From Octopus vulgaris (taxonomy: Eukaryota): DNA of 64,000 nucleotides. Position 1 is the first letter of the stretch. Each line of letters starts with the position of its first letter. The notes beneath the pieces were generated by a model. The model saw only the letters and a program-made list of their open reading frames with translations. It was not told where the DNA came from and did no database searches. Shown here one piece after another: positions 25,785 to 40,287 of this stretch. The DNA lies in contig OX597818.1 of NCBI GenBank assembly GCA_951406725.2, forward strand, positions 21,948,001 through 22,012,000, written 5' to 3'. The translations under genes were made by a program, and so were the position numbers.

Positions 25785-27028
25785 ATTTTTACCATACATT
25801 TATGCTACACAGAGCAATCCATGATTCTATAACTGATGTATCATTTCAATATTCCAGGACTTATAAACTGTTTTAATTCTGAGTAGTGACACATGTCCAA
25901 TTTGAAAAGTATGCTACAGAATAAAACAAAATTCAAGAAAAACTCACATATTAAATATATATGATACTCCAGTTACTCAGACAATGGTTTCAAAACCATC
26001 CATATAGGACAAAATCTTTTCAGTAGGTTGTAATAATTATATTAATAGTTGCAGCAACGCAAACTACATTGTGCAGTTGGCCTTGTTTCTATCAACAGAT
26101 TTTCTGTGCTATGCTTTCATTTGCTGTGTTGAATCAAATAAAATCATATTAGTTTCAGCTTTTTTTAAAACTTGTATCTTATAAGACTTGCTCTTTAGTT
26201 TGTTTTCTAAACAGGTCACCATTAGATAATTATCAGTATTTATATAATAAAATAAAAAAATAGAGCAGCTATGTGGGAGGAAGCATAAAAATAACCAGTT
26301 ATGTGGAGCAAAGTAAGAAAGTAATTCAAATATATTTTCTGAAGATGTAAGTCCAATTTTGATAAGTTTGTACTTATGATTCTATTATTGGTAGCACTTG
26401 TTTAGTACCTACTTATTAAAAAAGCTGAAGGGGTTAAGCACTCTAGCTATAGTAGTAGTAAGGCAAGAAAGAAAATCCTAAATGTCTATATTCTAGAAAA
26501 AAATCTATTGTCAGGCATCAACAGCAACTGAAAACATTGGTCTCAGGAAATCTTATTGTTCTTTAGGCCCAGGTCAACCAAAATTATGATCAACAAGGAT
26601 TTTATCAATAATTATCTCATCTTTTTGTGTATCCAAAACTATATTGTCCAGTGTGACCTTTCTTTTTTAAAATTAGGAGATTTAGCTGTTATTTCTAACA
26701 AGTCAATTGCATGAAGACTTCTGCAAAGGCTTTAAGGAATCTTGTGTGTTTAGTATAGATGGCAGAACAGCAGAGAAAATACTTCTCAGGTGCATCCATT
26801 TTATTTCCTGAGTTCTAATCTTGGCAAGTTCAATAGAACAACAGTCAGGTTCTGGAGTTCATCTAATCAATTCTGCCTTCTCCAAATGGTATTAGAAACT
26901 TCTAATACTGAAAAATTAAATGATTTTAAAATGTTTTTTTTAATGTGGGTGTATAACAGATTCTTATGATAATTGCCATCAGAAACAATAACACATAAGA
27001 CAAAATACCTTGCAGTATTTAATTACAT

Positions 27029-27237
27029 AAGGTGGTAAACTGGCAGAACTGTTAGCACACAAGACAAAATGCTTCGTGACATTTATGTTCTGGGTTCTAG
27101 GTTCAAATTCCACTAAGGTCAACTTTGCCTTTCATCCTTTTTAGGGTTCATTAAATAAGTACCAGTTGAAAACTGGGTTGATGTAATAAAATTACCCCCT
27201 CCCTCAAAATTGCTGCCCTTGTGCCAAAATTTGAAAC
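27029..27237 (+). mobile_element. SINE family A with target-site duplication
   Basis: Family-A sequence; CAGTATTTAATTA occurs on both sides (27012-27024 and 27238-27250). Confidence 0.8.
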
Positions 27238-30200
27238 CAGTATTTAATTAGATGCCTTTATGTTCTAAGTTCAAACCCTTCTGCAGTTGACTTTGTCTTT
27301 TGTTTTTATTGAGTCAATAAAATAATTAGCATCTCTGTACTGAAATTAATTCATTTGGCTCTACTCCTCTACTTATCACTGATCTTCAAACATCTTCCTT
27401 TAAAAAATTCTTCACGCCATCTGCTTGATTTTTTATCTTATGACCAGAAATTACCAACAATGCATGTTTGGTTTTATTGAACTGTTGTTAAAACCAGTGT
27501 AATCCCCTCCCCCACTTCCCCCACAAACAACACCTCCCATATTTGCCCATATGTACAAAAGATGTGAACTCTTCACTGTTTGATAATGAAACATTGTCAA
27601 TTATCTTTACACTGCTACTTAGGGTAGTGTACCATTCCACTGCATATTACCTATTTGCTTTTAAGTGAACTGTACTGTTGAAAGTTAACTTGTTTTTTCT
27701 TTCTTTTTTTTTTTTTTGGCCATTGGCACAGCACCAGTTGCCTACCTCCTAAATATCTTCTACTCTATCAACATGACCATCCACATCCACCTACCCACCA
27801 GTCCAACAATTAAACCATTTGCCACAAACAATGCACTGTTCTATTTTATTCAATATTTCACCACTCTCTTATCTGAACTATCCACTACTCTATCAACTCA
27901 ACCTTTCATTGCTTTCATTGGTCCTCATAAAACCATTTTATAATCAATATACAACTTGACCGAGATAAGTGGATAGTTAAGTCAAAAGAGTTGTGACATA
28001 CATAGCTTTTTTTTTCAAAAGCATTAATGTGTAGAACATAGTTTGGGAACTAAAACAAAAGAAATATCACTGAAGGTAAATAAAAACAAAGGAGCAACAC
28101 AGCAACAGTTACAAAGATGAAAAGTAGGACAAATAACCATTTTTATGAATATTGAATCAGAAACTTACTTTTACCCTTTGCAACTTAACTGTTGTTGAAG
28201 GTAGGGCCTAGATGACTCCCCATAGATTTTACTAAGATCCATTCTTTGGTAATGCAACAGTGATTATGCTGCTGCTACTACTACTACTACTAATAATAAT
28301 AATAACTGTTGTTGTTATTGATGTTGTATGACCTTGTGCCAAATTTAGAAATTATTATTCTTAATTTATGGTGGGATTAGTTAAAATGTCTCTCTTTATT
28401 TCTCTCTATCTCCCTCTTTTTATATTTCTTTGTATTTTTCATTGTTATTTGTCTCTCTTTGTTTCCCTGTATGCATGTGTATGTATATGTGTGTGTCAGT
28501 CTAAGGAATTCTTGGTTGTGTTCAGGGCAATTGCAGCCCCTATCAGAGTATATGTTATGTGCTTTATAACAATATTGGAGTATTTTATATATGATGATGA
28601 TGATATATGTATGTATATGTATATCCACACACACGTGTTGACTGATTCAACAATGTACTAGAGTACTGGATCTTAGAGTCTTGAGTTCAAAACAACTATA
28701 GCCTTACACACCAACAGACATGCACTCTCTCTCTCTCTCTCACACTCTCTCTCTCTCTGTATATGTGTATGTGTGTGTGTAATGCAATGTAATGTGCACA
28801 ATTTAGGTCACCTTGATTATACATTTTAATCCACTTAACATTGAGAAATAAGTTCTAGATTTATTATTGCCAAATGACAGGTGCTCTATCCAAGGAATGA
28901 TTTTACTGTTTATTTACTTGACATCATGAAGTTGGTGCTATGCTACAAGCTTATATCACTTCTTCAGGTCTCCTGAACCACGTTTCAATAAGCCAAGTGA
29001 TCATTTGAAAAAGACTAAAAATACTTTTGTATTAAAATCTATAAGCTATGCATGATGCTTAACATTGAATGTGTAATATCTCTTTTTAAACATATATCTC
29101 TATTTCTTCTCATTCTGTCTCCTATACTTTCATGGGTTGCATGGTTCTTTAGATTTAGAAAAAGATTTTACAGCTCTATGCTCATCTCATTGTTGTAGGT
29201 GCCCTATAGTAGGATAGAATAATGATACATTTCTAAGTCAGCAACTCAGTTTCATTCCTGGTGAAATCCCTCATTTTATTGATTTGTATTTTTAATGTCC
29301 TTGAGATGTGCATGAACATCAAAACTTTCTTATTCTTCTCCTTTACAAATCCTAGCTTTCACGCCTGCTCATGCATATATCTTTGTACAATGTAACAGCA
29401 CCTTGAGCTAATTCTGAAATTCAGTAGGCTGCATGTCTATATCAGAAATCATTATTATGGTGGTGGTGAGTGGCAGAACAAGTATAGTTCTAGCCAAAAT
29501 ATCTTGTAGTACATTGTTAAGATTACTTTCTGAGTTCAAATCTTGCTGAAATCTGGTTTGTCTTTCATCCTTATTAAGTTGATAACAAAAGTACCAGTTA
29601 TAATATACTGGATCGATTTAATCACTTATTCCCAAATGTTAAGTTTGTTACTTTATGTAAATTGTTTTGATTCAAATTAAATATATTGTAATATTAATAA
29701 TAATAATAATAATAATAATATGCTTGTTGATATGTCTCTTTTGAGATGGGGATTCATAATATTCTGCAATATGTAAGTGTGGTACTATTGTGTTGAGTTA
29801 ATGTTTAAGCAAATCTTTTTTCTTCATTCTCTCTTAATATCTATAATATTTATTAGCACACCCATACTAGTATATAATCTCCCTCTGCTTTAGTCAAAAG
29901 AAAGAACAGATTAACTTTCCAGGCAAAGAGAAATATCAGGGTAAAGTCAAAATTATAACTTATGAAGCCCACTTTATTCATTCATAGCTGTTCTTGGATG
30001 TAGTGAGAAGTGCCCAGAGAGCTATTTTTGCTATTTGATCCATTCTGTTTCACTCAACAATACATGCTCTTTCTTTTGGTCAAAGGAATTGATACCTTTC
30101 ACTCACAATGTTCCATCCTTGGAATGAGACACAAGATTTGTCTAATTAATTTATAACTGACATTATATATCTTGTCAATTATATATCTGTGTGTGTGTAT

Positions 30201-30367
30201 ACACACACATACGTGCATTTATACATACAGAGAGTGGGGGAAGAATAATATGTGCTGAAACATATATGTATGGTATAGATGTTTTAGTGTGTATATATAT
30301 ATATAGTAATTTGTTAATGATTTTAATGTTCATTTGAAAAATATTTCCTTTTGTACAATTTCTACAG

Positions 30368-30468
30368 CTTATAAACATCAAACATCGGACATCAAGCCGA
30401 GTCCAACAGCAGCCGAGAAAGAGAGGAGACGGAAAGAAGAAGATGAAGAATACAGAAAAAAGAGATTG
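30368..30468 (+). CDS. SORBS1: CAP/SORBS coding exon (AYKHQTSDIKPSPTAAEKERRRKEEDEEYRKKRL), charged coiled-coil-like segment
   Basis: Acceptor TTTCTACAG ending 30367 (phase 1) and donor TTG|GTGAGT at 30469 (phase 0); purine-rich coding composition; in frame with both neighbouring exons. Confidence 0.85.
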
Positions 30469-30952
30469 GTGAGTATATATACCATCATCATTTTATATTT
30501 GTTTTTCCAGGTTGGAATGAGTTGGATAGACAGGTCTCCACAGTTTCTCTCAACTCTTTGCATCCTTCTTCACCAGGTACATACAACAACAGTGAAAACC
30601 CAGCTATCTTTGCTGTTTGTCATATTTTATGTAGCTAGATGCTTCTCCTATTACCAACTACCTTATAGTATAATCTGAGTGCATTTTATCATGTCACCAG
30701 CACTATAGAGTACTCTCCATTGTTCATCAATTTTTTTTAATGTTCTCCTAGATGGGTTGCTTGTACTGGGGCCTATGGAGTTCATAGTTTCCTTTCGAGG
30801 ACAAGGTTTTTGCTGTTGGATGTCCACCCTCTTGCACACCAACCAATTCACAATATGAATTGATTGTATTTTATTGTGTCACTGGCACTAGAGAGGTTTT
30901 CTGCAACAAGACTAAAAAGTCCTCTCTCTTGCATTGCTTCTATCCATTCCTT

Positions 30953-30994
<42 letters not shown>

Positions 30995-32504
30995 ATTTTG
31001 CAGATGCAAGCCCATCCTGTCATCAACTACTGTACAGTGAACTGATTGCATTTTATCATAACACTGTCCTTAGAGAGGTTGTCTCTCTAAGGTCAGTGGT
31101 ATGACCTTAGGTTACTCTAGGTTCATTTGTTCCCTTTTTTTTACATGGCTTTTGATGGGTACACCGCATTGCTTCTGTTGTGAGGTCTTTACAGTGATAG
31201 TCTAGAGCTGTCTAAAAGATACTAGATAGGAGGGAAGATGTTTAGTTATCATGAGAAAGTCTCCTGATGGCTGTTGGGTCTTCTTTATCAAGTTAGTTTG
31301 AAAATATAAGAAGTAAATAATTCAGAGACAGTTGGCCTCTGTTGCAGGATAGATGGTGAGAGACAAAGAGTTAATATGTTAAATGTGGCTGTGACTACAT
31401 CATAAAGTTAGACAGTGGGGCCATATATGTCATCTGTATCAGTTTATTTTTGAAGCCTCTTGTTTTATCTCCTATCAACCACTATCAAGCAATACCTTCA
31501 AAGGTATTCTAGTTGTGACCACATTAATTTTTTTCTAAACATAGTGCATATATGACTTCATTATCCAATATGTACCTCCATTTTAAATAGCTGGGGTGTA
31601 ATTTTTGGGTGATGCAGCTGCTGTTTCATGCAGATTGAGTAACTAAGTAGAAGCATCTTTGTTTGCTCATGTCCTTTTGTGTTTTTATTGGTGGTGGTAA
31701 TATTAGAAGAGTCAGTAGTGATGAAAGGATGTAATTTAAGCAAGATTTGGCTGCTATTTCTTGCAAGTTCAAGTGAACATGTAGAGATTCTTTTACTTAT
31801 TTGTTAAGACTCAGACATTTTCTCATTGACTTATGAATCTTTCTTGTTGGAGCAGTTGTATTTTTCTCTACTTAGTAGTTATTGTATTTTTTTTCTTGTA
31901 TCAAATAGTGACCCCTAGTAAGGATGATTCATTACTCATACACCAGGCTTTTATACAGTTTCTGTCTATCAAATTCTACCCACAATGTATTTTAAGTAGA
32001 ATTTGGAACCCAATGCTACTGTACAAAACACTTGCCCAAGGTGCCATGCTGTCAGATCAAACCTGGAACTATATTGTTGTGTAGTGAAATTCTTAATCAA
32101 ACAACCATGTACAGTTACAATAATACCATGTAGCTTATTGGATAGATGTATTTCAATTGAATGTCAAATATTATTTCTTGAACTTTAATTCATGTTCTTC
32201 TGCTTGTATTTAATCACAAATTATCTAACAACTACATCCTTTAGTGAACAATCTCTACTATTTTATATAATTCTCTTTGACCTTAAAACACAGGAACCAA
32301 AACATTACTGCTGCCCTGCTTTCTGTTCACTTTTCTCCCTCTATATACAGTTGATTAGCTAAATCATTAGGGCTTCTTATTAATGTCTTACAGTAAATTT
32401 TTCATCTCTGCATTCTGAGTTTATATCTCACTGAGGTCATCCTTCCAAGGTTCTAAATGCATTACTGAACAAGTATTTGGGTTGATTTCCCTCTCTCTCT
32501 CTCT

Positions 32505-32537
<33 letters not shown>

Positions 32538-32890
32538 TGTCTACATCCTACTGTGAGTATGTTGTGATTGGGATGAAGTAGGGTTATTCATACTGTTCCT
32601 TTCCTCCAAGAAATAGAAGTTTCATTTAGAAGCAAGTAATGTTTTTTCATTTAGTATTCTAAAGAAAGCACACATGGCAGTCATGAAATGAGCAGTGTGT
32701 GCTACACCATGGAGCAGTTAAAAGTTGTGTGTGTGCGTGCACAACAGTGTAGAGGGAAAAGGACAGAATGAACAAAATATTGGGATTTCCAACCTACTTA
32801 GTTAGAAATAGTTACCGTCATATCATATTACCAGTGATAGATTGGAATCCTATCCAGAGGAATATGACTAGCCAGGCTAGTTATCAACCC

Positions 32891-33118
32891 TTAACCCTTT
32901 AGTGTTCAGATTATTCTGTCAAATGTGATGTTTGTTTATTTAAAATGGTTTGAATTAATCCTGCATTATCTTGTAGTTTAGAGATTGCAGTGATGTGATT
33001 TTTCAGTTTTAGAATGATATGGTAGGGCTGAGGTGAGAGGCGAGATCTGGTCAGTTTCAGTATAAAACAGGTTAAATATTTTGGCTGGATATGGCCGGTT
33101 TGAATGCTAAAGGGTTAA
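32891..33118. mobile_element. piggyBac-type MITE
   Basis: TTAA-CCCTTTAGTGTTCA ... TGAATGCTAAAGGG-TTAA; the body is the reverse complement of the 17367 and 45854 copies. Confidence 0.8.
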
Positions 33119-34708
33119 AACATCTGATGGATCAGGGAATAGTTACCCCTTAGGGTATCTTAAGTTCCCAAAAGGCCAATGAATGTCAGTAGGGTGTCTA
33201 TAGAAGATGCTCGTTGTTAAAAGGTGCTTGTGATTTTTCTTAGAAATAAAATATTTAAACCAGGTTCAATATTTGTGTTTTAAACAGATTAAAAATTTTT
33301 TTTTTTTTAATTAAGAATATGAATAGGACATTGTGTTATCAGTGAGCAGAAATATAACTGATGATATGCCAAAGTTCAATGTAATTTTATTATATATAAG
33401 TTTCCATCTTTTTTAGTAATTTCCATAAAAGTTTAACTTAGGGGCATTTGTTAATGCAAATATCTAAAAAGAGGCACATGCAAAGCTTTGTAATTGGAGA
33501 AGAAAAATGGATAATAAACCACTGTGCAAAATTAGCTAGTTTGATTAAAATAATTGATTGCATTTTTCAGAGATTCTTTTTTCTTTTCTTAATACCTCAA
33601 GAGTATGCAAAGGAGCATTTGTAAAACACCATTTGGTGAAAGTGGGCACCAAATCACAAAATATTGAGAGTCAATGATTTAAAAACATCATGTTCTTAAC
33701 TTTAAGGCATAAGACAAGTAGAAATTTCTATTTTAAAAACTAGTAGAGACTATGTTAAGTGAGATTTGTTTACTTCATTGATCAGGTTCAAGTAACCATA
33801 TAATTTGATTATCTCCTTGAGTATGTTTTTTGAAAAATGGATGCATTTGTTGTTTTAGAACCACCACCCACTTCCTTTACTGCACTAAATTTAGTTTGGA
33901 AAACTACAAACTTTTGCATAAACAAATATCTTATCAATGCAATGAGCAATGTCTTTAATATGTCAAATACTTGAGTTTCTTAATCTTGTAATTGGCTACA
34001 CAAAAATATCTTTATAGATAATAATGTAACTCTTTATCTGTCTAAGCTGTTTGTGTATGGGTTAAAGTTACCTATCATGTCACAAATGTTTTCAAAAGTT
34101 GTGGAAGCTACTATGCAGTCTTTTGACTTACTTGAAATAGTAGCCAAATTTCCCTCCAATTACACTCTACTGTCTTAGAATAGATGATTGCATTAACTAA
34201 TATAGTCTTAGGTACACTGTGCTTAGGAAAAGAAGGGAAGTGGGTTGGGGGTCTTGATCAGAGCTGACCTGGTTCTATCTACTTGTAATAATTAGGTGTC
34301 AGTTTACAAGTCAAGGGTACTTCTTGCCTATCTATAAAGCAGATATATGCTACTATGAAAATAAGCATTCTGAAACAAATATATTTTATTCATCAAAGGT
34401 TTCAATATAAAAAGTAAATGGCTTCTTTTTTTCTTCTTGGCAACATTTTTTTTCTATTTTATTATAAATATATTTCAGTGAATACACAAATTTTAAAAGT
34501 TATATATTCTTTGAGTAACATTGAATATGAAACTAATTAACTTTTGGATATTCCTTGCATTAAATATGTCATTTGTATCTTAATTTTGTTATGTAGAATA
34601 ATACATAATCTGACCATTTCTGTTTTTCAATGCTAACCAGTGTACATTCCTTAACATTTACTTAGTGGTTTCTCTCATTACCTCTTCGCCATGTACATTA
34701 AAGTCAAT

Positions 34709-34752
34709 GCTTTGCTGATGAAGTCATAATAAGGTCAAAACGTGTCCAGAGT
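34709..34752 (+). other. Degenerate type I minimal hammerhead ribozyme motif (Penelope-like element remnant)
   Basis: GCTTTG-CTGATGA-A-GTCATAATAAGGTC-AAAAC-GT-GTC-CAGAGT. Stem I GCUUUG/CAGAGU pairs fully, and the CUGAUGA core and GUC cleavage triplet are present. The GAAA box reads AAAA and stem II is mismatched. Confidence 0.5.
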
Positions 34753-35010
34753 TATCCCTGGACTATTCAAAATGATTAAAATGATATTAGTTATTCACAA
34801 ATATTGTCTTTTTTTTAATTACATATTTTTTCTAGTTAGCTCTTTTGATGCTCATTGCATTAAATGTTTACACTATCTTAACTAAACAAAGCAAATTCTG
34901 ACAATCAGAAATGTTGATTTGAAATCAATTTAAGTGCATTTATAATAAACTTGAAATGAATCTTTGGTTAGTATGGCTTATAAGTGGATTTTAGAATATA
35001 TATGCCCACA

Positions 35011-35104
35011 GGCATATGGTGTAGTGGTTAAGAGTGTGGGCTACTAACCCCAAAATTCCAAGTTAAATTCTAGGCAGTGATTTGAATAATAATAATAATA
35101 ATAA
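35011..35104 (+). mobile_element. Short tRNA-derived SINE or tRNA pseudogene with (TAA)n tail
   Basis: TGGTGTAGTGGTTAAGAG (A box), GGG-CTACTAA-CCC anticodon-like arm, decayed B box AAGTTAAATTCT, then (AAT)n. Confidence 0.6.
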
Positions 35105-36824
35105 TGTTTTCATTGTAATACATGTGTAATTTTTTACAAATTGCATATACAACCTTTGTATGATTGCAACCTCAGTCTATCCTTGTATGACTGTCTATCC
35201 TTGTCATTCTTTCATTCACCCTTCTGTCTCTCGAAAAGCAAATTATGGAATTGTTATTTAGAAAGTAACTCATTAAATTCATGTGTGTGTGTATTTATGT
35301 ATCTGTTGTGACTCTTTGCATTCTGGCAGCAGTGCTGCAATGACAGTTATTGTGCCAAGCTACATGGCCTTTGCCTTTCCTTTGGACATCATCATTAGCC
35401 TTGGGAGGGAAGATTTGCATGCACAGAAAACTGCTGATCTTTCATTACAAAAATAAAACCTGCACCTTGGATGGAAACTTTCCAGGTGGATAGCCATCAT
35501 CTGACTAAAAACATACATCATCATCAACATCAGTTGTCCATTTTGTGAGCTGAATCATTAGCTGTTATTACATATAATTAGCTTTGTGATTATCTTTCAA
35601 ATAATGTGAATTAACATTCATTCATAGTACCTCATTTATTTTACCCATAAACAACCTAATTAACACATTTTTCCTGTACATTTTAACAATTTCATTTGTA
35701 GATTTACCTAAAAAATGTCTCACTATTATATATTTATATATGTTATATGTAATATGTTGTATGATACCATAGCCCTTACTTGCAAGCAAGTATGACTTGC
35801 TAGTATATGCCATGCTAGTTGTTTTAGGTGCTTATGTAGTTGCATGCAGACATAGACACCTACGTAGCCCTCTCATCTATTGATCCAGCAGAACATAAAG
35901 GGTATGACAGCTGGGGATGTAGTGGGGGGGGGAGGGGGGCAGACAATTGCATCAACACAAGGCTGGTACTCATTTTCATCTGAGTAGACTAGAGAAATGG
36001 CTAAGAAGTATCTTGCTCAAGGACACAATGTGTCTTTCATTCTGGGGAATTGAACCCATAGCCTAATGATCTTGAGCCCAACATTCTAGCCACTAGACCA
36101 CACATCATCAAATGTTATATGCAACCATCGGGTTGGTGGAATGGAATGGCAGCATCTGTAGAGCATCAGACAAAATGCTTTGTGATATTTGATATTTTTT
36201 TTGCAGCTCTTTACATTCTTTACATAAATCCCACCAAGGTCAAATTTGCTTTTCATCTCTCTAAGATCAATAAAATTAAGTACCAATCAAATGCTGGGGT
36301 CAATGGTATTGATTAACTCCTGCCCTTCAGAAATGCTGGCTTGTGCCTAAATCAGAAATTATTGTATGTAGCAATTAAACAATAGCTTATGATGGGTATA
36401 TCGAAGATTATAATGAGGTGACTTTCAGCATTATCCAAAATAATGCTCTATGTTTAAATGATATGAAACTAGATAACAATAGATTTATTATGTGTTTTCA
36501 AGTGTTTCATGTAAGTTTTCATTACACCACCAGATTCTGTGTTCAAAGGATGAGTTCAACATTGTGCTTCAGAGGAAATTGAAAGGTGTTTCTGTGTTAA
36601 ATCAAAATTAATGTGTTTTGTGGGTTTGTTGTTTCATTCTTTATTTTAGTGTTTCATTTATTCCTTATGAAAGTTTACATAGTATCAGGTTAGATGGATG
36701 TGTTTGAGTAAAATCTGCTTTATATAAGTTCTGTTATCTTATTGGATAGTGGTTGTCTAATACATGTGCCCTATGACAGATGAGTGTTCAGAAAATCTCT
36801 CTCTCTCTCTCTCACACACACACA

Positions 36825-37687
36825 GTGTTTGATGAAGACACTTTCATCCTGTTAGTTAAAAAAATCATCAATAGCAGATATCATTGTGATACTGGTTCCC
36901 AGCCATGTGTTTTTTCATGTTGGGAAACAGAAGATAGTCAGTTGGGGTCAAATCAAGAGAATAAGGTGGGTAATCAACCAGTTCAAAGCCACAGTCTCTT
37001 TGCCTCTAAATCAAGCTGGTGGAGCCAACACTCATCCTGAGTTAAGAAATATTCAAAGAAACCAACTGGATCTGCCTCAAACAATATTAGATTTTCTTGT
37101 GATATGATCTGCCTGGTACACTTTTGGTCAGGTGTCAGAAGACATAGCACCTATCGAGCAGAAACCATCATACCAAGTTCATTATGCAGAATATTCTCAA
37201 CTCGCTCATGGCATATGTTTATAGCATTGGCTATTTGATTTATAGTAAATTGCCTGTCATCTATCAGCATGTGGTGAACACAATCAATGTTTTCCTTGAT
37301 TGTGACAGTTGCAAGACGTTCAGACTTTGGGTCATCTTCAAGCCTCTCTCTCCCTCTCCTAAATTCAATTGCCCGCTTTTGCACTGTTGATAAAGCTGAA
37401 GTATCATCCCCTAATGTAGCAAGCATGTCAGCATGAATGTCCTTTGGGGTTAAACTGTTTTTCTGCAGGTGCTTGGTAACACCACAATGCCAAATTTTTC
37501 CCATTTTCAAAAGATGTATGTCACTACTAGTTACTTTTTAAGTCTTCTTTGAACAGTCAGATGTCAGTTTACCTGAAATGAAAGAGTGCAGTTATTAATA
37601 AGAAGAGTTGAAATGAATACATGCAAGATTTCACAGCTTTAGCTTCACTCTTGCATCATCAGCTTATGAACTCTCCAGCCACTCTTG
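36825..37687 (-). mobile_element. Internally deleted mariner transposon remnant
   Basis: ORF 37151..37510 resembles a mariner N-terminal HTH region (KDIHADMLATLG..STVQK..EFRRGRERLEDDP..DDRQFTINQIANAINICHERVENILHNELGM). The minus strand at ~36880-36995 gives GFELVDYPPYSLDLTPTDYLLFPNMKK (YSPDLAPxD motif). A TIR-like end lies near 37664-37687; most of the catalytic core is missing. Confidence 0.85.
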
Positions 37688-40287
37688 TGTATACACACTC
37701 ACTCACACATACATGCACGCACGCACACACACACCATTTTGTGCATTATCTATGCCAGATGAAATTGTGGTGCCTTGCAGAGTACATATTTTTCCCATTT
37801 CTGTCTGATAATGATTTAGGGAAGCAAAGTTCATTTTGATCTTTTTATCAGACTGGACAGAAATGTCCTATATTATCAGATTTGATGAATGTTTTCCCTC
37901 CTACTTTTCGTTGGCACATTGCCTGATGGACATAGCTGCTTACTTGTCTGTGAATTTATTGTCTCTACAAGAACCAGGCAGCCAGAAATTATATGGCCAA
38001 TTGTTTCTTTGTGTTGATTGCACAGTCTGCAGTTGATGTTAGCTCTTCTTTCTTTTTTTTCTCTCTTTTTTTTCTTTCTCCTTACATGGTTACATTGAAC
38101 TCATGCAGCTAAAAACAAACCTTCCATTTCTAGTCCAAAGCTTTACAATCTTCTTTGGCTTTCATACTAGCTCATTTTCTCTTTGTTGAGATTTGCAGCT
38201 GAATGGCTCTGTAGATGTTTTCTTATTAAAGTGGTAAGTTCGCAGGAACAATAGTAGAACGTTATACAAAATGCCTGGTGGTATTTACTACTGCTCTTCT
38301 ATAATGAGTTCAAATATCACCACAATCAACATTGCCTTTCATTCTTCAAGATCAATAAAATAACTACAAATCAAATGCTTCAATCCGAATTGACTACATG
38401 CTTTTCCCAAATTCTGTGGCCTTGAGCCTGTTAGATACAAATATTGTTGTCATTCAACAATGAGTAGCTGCTTAGATTTACTTGTAGATTTCCTCGTGCT
38501 ACATCCGCAACAAGTAAAGCTGCTAATTCTCTCCATACATATGTCATTAAAGGTAAAATTGTATGGAAAAGAAGTTCATGCTAGAATAAGGAAAATACAT
38601 TGTGTGTAAAAGAGGTTTATATGTTTATTCACATTCATTCATTTGTTCATTTTTACATCTGTTTTTCTGCTATCATGAAATAGATGAATACATTTTTGAG
38701 GCATTGATTTAGTCTGATGCTCTTCCTGTGACTAATCCTTACCTGTTTTTCAAGTCAGGGATCTCTCTTTGAATGTACAAAGCCAACAGACAGTTTGTTG
38801 ACAGGGGAAATGACAATCTCTGTTGGTAGCTCAATGATTTTCAGAGAAGCAAAAATGTAAGCAAATAAACAAACATAGAAACATGCATGCATGTGCACAT
38901 ACACATGTGTATATGATAGGCTTCTTTCATTTTCTGTCTAACAAATCTACTGAAAAAACTTGCCTAAGGCAATGTGAAGTGAAACTCAACCCAAGAACAC
39001 GCTATTAAGGAGCAAACTTCTTGACTGTATATCTATGCCTGCATGCATGCATACGTGCACGTGTATGCATGCATGCACACACACACACTGCTAAATATAT
39101 GGAATATAGTGTTACCACTCTGAATATATGTATCTCTCATAAGTGTAATTTAGCTTCAGATTTAGCCTGATTGAGTAGATATATGATGTCAGGCACTTCA
39201 ATCATGTTCAATCTATCTTCTTTTTTTCTAGTGTAAATTATCTATTATGGTCGTCATTTTAAAAAGCTAGGGTATGATTTGAGAGAAATTTGACTGCTAT
39301 TTCTAGTTTGTTGATTGACCATATAGAGGTTCTTCCATAAGCTCTTGTATATAGATGTTTCTACCAGTAGAGCTGGATAGAGGTATATCAATTTACATAT
39401 TAAGTTATTAACATAATCTGTACTTTTTCTAATGTTTTATTGAACAATACTTCAAGAATTGAACAAAAATAAAAGATATAGCCATTCAGGAAATTATATT
39501 GTGACCTGTGTCTGTCATATAAGCTTTAAAATGTTGCAGGAGTTAAATTTTGAATTTTATTTCTTTTTCCTTCCACCTTCCTTCTTTTTCCCTGGCTTTT
39601 GTGTTTTGTGCATGCGTGCATGCATGGGTATATATAAATGCATACATACAGACATACATGTGCCTAAGATATTTGTAGAGTGGAGTTGAACCCCAGACCT
39701 CATAGTTGTGAAGTGGCCTGCTTAACCACATACTAGTTCCTGTCCTTAGTAAGTCAGATTAGCAGAACTTTTCCCACAGAAGGAGTTGAATTCAGTACTT
39801 CAGGTTGACACCCACCCCACCCCCAGCAGCTTTAGTCCCATCCCCACTGTTGGTTAGAGCAACAAAATATTCCTATCCTGCATCACCTACTTTTTAGCTA
39901 AGTGCACTGGGTCATCTGATTGTTAAATGTTTTGGCCATGAACATTATCTAATGTCAGTTGTTTAATATCCTTGTCACATAACCATCTACACCTGTCTCT
40001 CTCAATGTGAGGTGTGGCAATATTTTAGGTGGGGCATAAGTTAAATCAGTAACAAGTGATTAAGATTTGCAATAAATTTGTTGGTGGTAGTTTGTATATA
40101 AATGTACAAGTGCTCAAAATTATATCTGGTAACATTTTATACATTTAAAACTCACTAAATCATCATCATCATATACACAATCTTATATCTTGGTAAAAAC
40201 ACAGACACTTTTATAAATGTTTCTTCTATTCCTATAAAAATCTGTAATACATATCAATAATACTATTAGTGCATCTCCTTTATATAG

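Noticed and set aside
27716-27943. ORF following a long polypyrimidine tract
   Set aside because: No convincing donor and an uninformative translation; could be a terminal exon but unsupported.
30469-30678. C-terminal hydrophobic part of ORF 30334..30678 as a transmembrane tail
   Set aside because: Lies past a consensus GTGAGT donor and overlaps a decayed repeat; best explained as intron read-through.
35011-35085. Functional tRNA gene
   Set aside because: The B box and acceptor stem are degenerate and it is followed by a (TAA)n tail; treated as a SINE or pseudogene.
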